Part shown: positions 55,720-59,763 of the stretch, in pieces
Layout: each line of letters begins with the position of its first letter
Position numbering within the stretch: position 1 is the first letter of the stretch
From: Pirellulales bacterium
GTDB taxonomy: Bacteria > Planctomycetota > Planctomycetia > Pirellulales > UBA1268
Direction: 5' to 3'
DNA length: 59,763 nucleotides
NCBI GenBank assembly: GCA_044368305.1
Contig: JBIPLS010000001.1
Location: 1 to 59,763 of the forward strand
The notes under the pieces: model-generated
The model's input: only the letters and a program-made list of their open reading frames with translations
Database searches by the model: none
Told to the model about the DNA's origin: nothing
Translations under genes and position numbers: made by a program

Positions 55720-57773
55720 ACGGCCGGCCCTCCGCCTTCGCCCGCCAGCCGCAGCGAGTTGGTGACGACGAGCAGGCTGCTGGCCACCATCGCGGCGGCG
55801 GCGAGCGCCGGATGGACGAGGCCGCAGGCGGCCAGTGGCAGGCAGGCGGCATTGTAGGCGAAGGCCCAGAACAGGTTCCAGCGGATCGTGCCGCGCGTCC
55901 GCCGGGCGAGCTGCACGAGCCAGGGGATCTTGGCCAGGTCGTCGTCGAGGATGCAAATGCCGGCCGACCACCGCGCGACGTCGGCCCCGCAGCCGAGGGC
56001 CATGCCCACGTCGGCTGCGGCGAGCGCCGGGGCATCGTTGATCCCGTCGCCCACCATGACGACGCCGCGGCCCCGGCCGCGGAACTCGGCGATCAGGTCG
56101 AGCTTGCCCGCCGGCAGCAGCGGGGCGTGGCACTCCAGGCCGAGCGGGCCCGCGACCGCGGCGGCCCGGTCGTGGCGGTCGCCGGACAGGAGGAGCGTGG
56201 CGAACCCGGCTCCGCGCAGGGCCGTCATGGCCGTGGCTGCCTCGGGCCGCACCGCCTCGGCGAACGACAGGCCGCCGACGATCGCGTCGCCCTCGGCGAC
56301 CAGGCACTGCATCGCGGCGGCGATCGAAGCAGGCGGCTCGACGGCCGTCGTCGCGCGGATCCAGCGCGGGCTCCCGAGCCGCACGACGGCGGCCGTGTCG
56401 GCCCGCACCGCCTCGACGCCCGCGCCAGGGACCGTGCGGACGTCGCGGACGGCGAGTGGCGCGACACTCCGGGCCGCCGCGGCCGCGACGATCGCCCGCG
56501 AGAGGACGTGCGTCGAACCTGCGGCCAGGGCCGCGGCCCGGGCGAGCACCGCGGCTTCACCATCCGTCCCGGCCATGGCGAGCGATTCCAGGCGGCAACC
56601 GCTCGTGAGCGTGCCCGTCTTGTCGAAGCAGGCCATGTCGGCCCGCGCCAGGGACTCGAGCGCGTCGCCCTCGCGGACGAGCACGTGCCGCCTGGTCGCC
56701 TGGCCGATCGCCGCCCAGAGTGCCAGCGGAGTGGCCAGACCGAGCGCACAGGGGCAGGCCACCACGACCACGGCCAGCCCCGCGAGCACCCCGGCGGCCG
56801 GGCCCGACCGCCGCCAGTGCGTGGCGCAGGCGACGACCGCGATGCCCACCACCAGCGGCAGAAACCAGGACGAGATGCGATCCGCGAGCCGCTGCTGGCG
56901 GCTCGCGCCCGCGGCCGCCGTCACCGCGTCGATGAGCCGCTCGAGCGTCCCGCCGCCGCCCGCGGCCGTCACCTCCACGTCGAGCCGGCCGTCGAGGTTG
57001 GTCGTGCCGCTGTACACCGCGTCGCCGGGCCGCTTCTCCGCCGGCAGACTCTCGCCGGTGACGGCCGCCTCGTCGAGCGCCGCGGTGCCGGCGACGATCA
57101 TGCCGTCGGTCGGAAGGTGCTCGCCCGGCAGGATCCGCAGCCGGTCGCCGACGCGGACCGCGGCCAGGTTCACCTCCCGCTCGCCACCGGCTTCGAGCAA
57201 CCGCACGCGATCGGGCAGCAGGCCGCGGAGTTCCCGCAGGGCCGCCGTGGTGCGGAGCTTGCCGCTGGCCTCGAGCCAACGGCCGAGCGTCACCGCCACC
57301 AGCACCATGCAGGCGACCTCGAAGTAGACGTGCCCGCCGCCGGTCCACGTGGCCCAGGCCGAGAGGCCGTAGGCCGCGACGACGCCCGCCAGCAGGAGCA
57401 GGTTGACGGCGGGCCGGCCGCGGCGGATCTCGGCCACCGCCTCCTCGAGGAGCGGCCCGCCGAGCAGCAGGATCACCGGCGCCGTGAACAACAGGCAGGC
57501 GTGCCGGGCGAGGTCGTAGAACGCGGCCGCGGCCTCCCCGCCGCCCGATCCCCGCTGCGACCAGAGGAGCATCGTGAACACCATCACGTTCATCGTGAAG
57601 AAAATCGCCAGTCCCAGGCGGGTCATCATCCACCGGGCCCGGCCGTCGTCCCCGCCGGCGCCGGCGATGGCGGCCGCGAACCGGCAGCCGTGGCAGCAGT
57701 AGGCGGGCCCGTCGGCCGGCCGGCCGGCGACGGGCAGCCCGCAGTAGTCGCAGCCGGGCGCTATCCGCTGCAT
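55716..57773 (-). CDS. ccoI: Heavy-metal (copper) translocating P1B-type ATPase, CcoI/FixI-like
   Basis: N-terminal CDYCGLP...CCHGCRFA metal-binding region, CPC motif VVACPCALGLATP, phosphorylation site CFDKTGTLT, and hinge GDGINDAPAL. Confidence 0.88.
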   Translation of the reverse strand: MQRIAPGCDYCGLPVAGRPADGPAYCCHGCRFAAAIAGAGGDDGRARWMMTRLGLAIFFTMNVMVFTMLLWSQRGSGGGEAAAAFYDLARHACLLFTAPVILLLGGPLLEEAVAEIRRGRPAVNLLLLAGVVAAYGLSAWATWTGGGHVYFEVACMVLVAVTLGRWLEASGKLRTTAALRELRGLLPDRVRLLEAGGEREVNLAAVRVGDRLRILPGEHLPTDGMIVAGTAALDEAAVTGESLPAEKRPGDAVYSGTTNLDGRLDVEVTAAGGGGTLERLIDAVTAAAGASRQQRLADRISSWFLPLVVGIAVVACATHWRRSGPAAGVLAGLAVVVVACPCALGLATPLALWAAIGQATRRHVLVREGDALESLARADMACFDKTGTLTSGCRLESLAMAGTDGEAAVLARAAALAAGSTHVLSRAIVAAAAARSVAPLAVRDVRTVPGAGVEAVRADTAAVVRLGSPRWIRATTAVEPPASIAAAMQCLVAEGDAIVGGLSFAEAVRPEAATAMTALRGAGFATLLLSGDRHDRAAAVAGPLGLECHAPLLPAGKLDLIAEFRGRGRGVVMVGDGINDAPALAAADVGMALGCGADVARWSAGICILDDDLAKIPWLVQLARRTRGTIRWNLFWAFAYNAACLPLAACGLVHPALAAAAMVASSLLVVTNSLRLAGEGGGPAV

Positions 57774-57890
57774 GTGCGTGCCTCGCGTGCTGGCGACGAC
57801 CCCGACCCACGCGAGCGTCCGAAGATCACGACGGCAGCCGGCTGTCTCATGCAGGCGGCCCCTGCCGCGTCGACGGGGCTGTGGCGAACG

Positions 57891-58082
57891 TCACGGCTTC
57901 TGCAACAGCTCGACCTGCATCGCCGGCAGGAGGTAACGGATGGTGTAGGTCACGGCGAAGATCCAGAACCCGATCCAGATGGCCCGCACGTACCACGGGA
58001 TGTCGTTGCCGACATAGTCGTGATGGCGGTTCTCCACGTCGGGCGTCGACGTCGAGGACGGCGGAGGCGACAGATCTGGCAT
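57891..58082 (-). CDS. Small single-TM membrane protein in the cbb3 cluster (hypothetical)
   Basis: DIPWYVRAIWIGFWIFAVTYTIRYLL TM helix; 63 aa; 10 nt after the preceding gene. Confidence 0.5.
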   Translation of the reverse strand: MPDLSPPPSSTSTPDVENRHHDYVGNDIPWYVRAIWIGFWIFAVTYTIRYLLPAMQVELLQKP

Positions 58083-58092
58083 GGCGTTCTCC

Positions 58093-58398
58093 CTAGGGGC
58101 CGTCGAGCAGCCGCTCGTTCTCGAGGAACTGCTCCTTCGGCCGCTCGACGTCGCGAAACATTCCGTTCCAGGCGGCCCACAGGAGCATGCAAAAGAAGCC
58201 GGCGCTCGCCAGCAGGTAGTTGAGGATCGGGGCCACGGCGAACTCGCCGCCGCTTTCGCCCCGGTAGATGTGGACGAACTCCACGAACTTTCCCACGAAG
58301 CCGTACATGCTGGGAATGAGGATCAGCACGGCCATGGCGAGCGTGATCCAGGCCTGTCGGCTCCAGCCGGGGCGGAGCGTGCGCGGCGGGTCACTCAC
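58093..58398 (-). CDS. Small three-TM membrane protein in the cbb3 cluster (hypothetical)
   Basis: The GTG at 58398 overlaps the ccoO end by 8 nt (GTGAGTGA). Hydrophobic segments WITLAMAVLILIPSMYGFV and ILNYLLASAGFFCMLLWAAW. Confidence 0.55.
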   Translation of the reverse strand: MSDPPRTLRPGWSRQAWITLAMAVLILIPSMYGFVGKFVEFVHIYRGESGGEFAVAPILNYLLASAGFFCMLLWAAWNGMFRDVERPKEQFLENERLLDGP

Positions 58399-59029
58399 CG
58401 GTCACCTCCGCCAACTCCTCGTAGTAGGGATACTCGTCGAGCCACGAGCCGAGCCACTGGACGTAGGTGATGATCGCGAGGCCACGGCGGTTGGGCTTGT
58501 CGGGGCTGCCCTCGAAGAACCACGGATACTCGGGCATCGGCGAGTTGTTGGAGACCGTCCGCGGCTTCCAGAAGTGGACGGTGTGCCAGTCGTTGCCGCG
58601 GCGGCCGCCCTCGCGGGACAGGTCGGGCCCCACCCGGCGGGTGCCGAAGAGCACCGGCCGCTGCAGCTCGTTGTCGTACTCCTCCGTCTTCGACACCGGA
58701 CCGTATCGCTTCGACTCGTTCGACACCGGCCGGACGAACTGGCTGTGGCAGTGCCAGCAGCCCTCGCCTACGTAGATCTGCCGGCCGAGCCGCAGGGCCT
58801 CGGCGCACTTCTCCACGGACACCTCCCCGAAGGCCTGCTGGAACTGCTCCGGATACCGCTCGGCGAGGTCGCGAAACTGGTTGAGCACCCGCTTGTTGAC
58901 GACCTCCTCGGCCGTCTGCTCGTGCCGGTCCTTGTACATGATCATGGGCACGACGCCGTTGCCGAGGAACGCGAGCAGGAAGAACCCGATGCCCGCGATG
59001 AAGAAGATGCCGGACTTGCTCTCGAACAT
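58391..59029 (-). CDS. ccoO: cbb3-type cytochrome c oxidase subunit II (monoheme CcoO)
   Basis: N-terminal TM helix, heme site GEGCWHCHSQFVRP, GPDLSREGGRRGNDWH, and Met ligand region NSPMPEYPWFF. Confidence 0.92.
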   Translation of the reverse strand: MFESKSGIFFIAGIGFFLLAFLGNGVVPMIMYKDRHEQTAEEVVNKRVLNQFRDLAERYPEQFQQAFGEVSVEKCAEALRLGRQIYVGEGCWHCHSQFVRPVSNESKRYGPVSKTEEYDNELQRPVLFGTRRVGPDLSREGGRRGNDWHTVHFWKPRTVSNNSPMPEYPWFFEGSPDKPNRRGLAIITYVQWLGSWLDEYPYYEELAEVTGE

Positions 59030-59062
59030 GATCGGCTCCGATTCCCCGTTGGCGGACTGACG

Positions 59063-59763
59063 TCAGGCGGGCGCGGCGGCGATCCGCCCGCGCGACCCCT
59101 CCACTGCCTCCGCCCCCCGCCAGGTCATCCACAGGTTCCAGAGGAAGCACAGCAGGCCGGCGAACATCGTCAGGCCGGCGAACACGCGGACGATCCAGAA
59201 CGGCTGCGAGCCGTCGGTCGAGGCGTCCCACGGCTGCAGGCTCGACCAGTACCAGCCCTGGAAGATGCCGGCCAGCGTGAGGTCGAGGAACATCACGAAC
59301 AGGCCGGTGGCCGACAGCCAGTAGTGGTATTCGCAGAGCTTCGGGCTCCACCACGGTCGGCCGAGGAGCCGCGGAAAGAGGTAGGTCATGATCCCGAACA
59401 GCCACAGGGAGAAGACGCCGAACATCACCAGGTGGGCGTGGCCCACGACCCAGTCGGTGAAGTGGATCAGCTTTTGGAAGGTGAGCGTCACCTGCAGGGC
59501 GCACTGGAAGCAGGTGATGAAGTAGAAGACCATCCCGGTATAGAAGTAGCGGATCGGCAGGTTCGTGAAGAACTCCGAGCCCTTCTTGCCGAGGGTGCCG
59601 AAGAAGTTGATCACCACGGTGGCCACGACGAGTTCCACGGCGATCGTCGAGATCACGGCGCCGTACTGGAGGAACATCGGGATCGGCGTGTAGAGGAAGT
59701 GGTGGATGCCCTGGAGCGGATAGAAGAAGGCCAGCCCCCAGAAGCCCACGAGCGACAGGCCGT
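59063..59763 (-). CDS. ccoN: cbb3-type cytochrome c oxidase subunit I (CcoN), C-terminal part; the 5' end lies outside the window
   Basis: HFTDWVVGHAHLVMFGVFSLW (heme/CuB His ligands) and a polytopic Trp/Phe-rich sequence. The ORF is open at the window edge. Confidence 0.92.
   Translation of the reverse strand, partial: GLSLVGFWGLAFFYPLQGIHHFLYTPIPMFLQYGAVISTIAVELVVATVVINFFGTLGKKGSEFFTNLPIRYFYTGMVFYFITCFQCALQVTLTFQKLIHFTDWVVGHAHLVMFGVFSLWLFGIMTYLFPRLLGRPWWSPKLCEYHYWLSATGLFVMFLDLTLAGIFQGWYWSSLQPWDASTDGSQPFWIVRVFAGLTMFAGLLCFLWNLWMTWRGAEAVEGSRGRIAAAPA

Noticed and set aside
57774-57890. Short ORF (MRQPAAVVIFGRSRG...) in the gap upstream of ccoI, considered as a possible CcoS/FixS
   Set aside because: It has no hydrophobic helix and no similarity to the FixS pattern. 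It runs into the ccoI start region out of frame.
55812-58223. 803-aa plus-strand ORF and several 150-440-aa ORFs across ccoI
   Set aside because: They are antisense or out of frame relative to the P-type ATPase, which carries the DKTGT, CPC and GDGINDAP motifs.

Overview
This 59.8-kb window is very G+C-rich. Spot counts of single 60-nt lines give about 80% G+C in typical genes and about 57-67% in the cbb3 genes at the 3' end. It reads like a core chromosomal segment of a Planctomycetota-type bacterium. That assignment is an inference from protein types: a CxxCH 'planctomycete cytochrome' protein, a DUF1570-like HExxH protein, a DUF4912/Rho_N protein, a TPR protein with RNAP alpha-CTD domains, and many large secreted hypotheticals.

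I support about 50 protein genes, one tRNA-Thr(CGU), no rRNA, no CRISPR array and no recognisable mobile element.

Housekeeping genes recognised from motifs:
- Amino-acid and carbon metabolism: gcvP (3' part), argG, pyk, xylA, proC, kdsA.
- Translation and transcription: prmC-prfA-rpmE, a primary-type sigma-70, trxA.
- Cytochrome c and respiration: system II cytochrome c biogenesis (resB/ccsB plus a long ccsA), and a cbb3 oxidase cluster (ccoN partial, ccoO, two small membrane proteins, a ccoI-type P-type ATPase and a DsbD_2/TauE-like protein).
- Other: comEC, glnD, a PduO-type corrinoid adenosyltransferase.

Because of the G+C content, every real gene is shadowed by long Arg/Pro/Gly-rich ORFs in other frames. 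I called genes from natural amino-acid composition, family motifs, Shine-Dalgarno spacing and 4-nt start/stop overlaps.

Most interesting items:
1. A tightly coupled three-gene operon (876-5203, minus strand). It encodes a MotA/ExbB-family channel with an unusually long helical tail and two single-pass proteins that combine ExbD/TolR-like anchors and modules with long coiled coils. One of these also carries a roughly 200-residue Gly-rich spacer.
2. A convergent intergenic region (22996-23491) with two perfect 61-nt direct repeats, a diverged inverted third copy and three strong hairpins.
3. A roughly 105-nt multi-hairpin element with a U-tract inside an otherwise empty 660-bp region upstream of kdsA.
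4. A small repeat protein interrupted by one in-frame TAG.
5. A TPR protein with two RNAP alpha-CTD modules next to a Rho_N/DUF4912 protein.

All family names come from motif recognition by eye. No database search was run.
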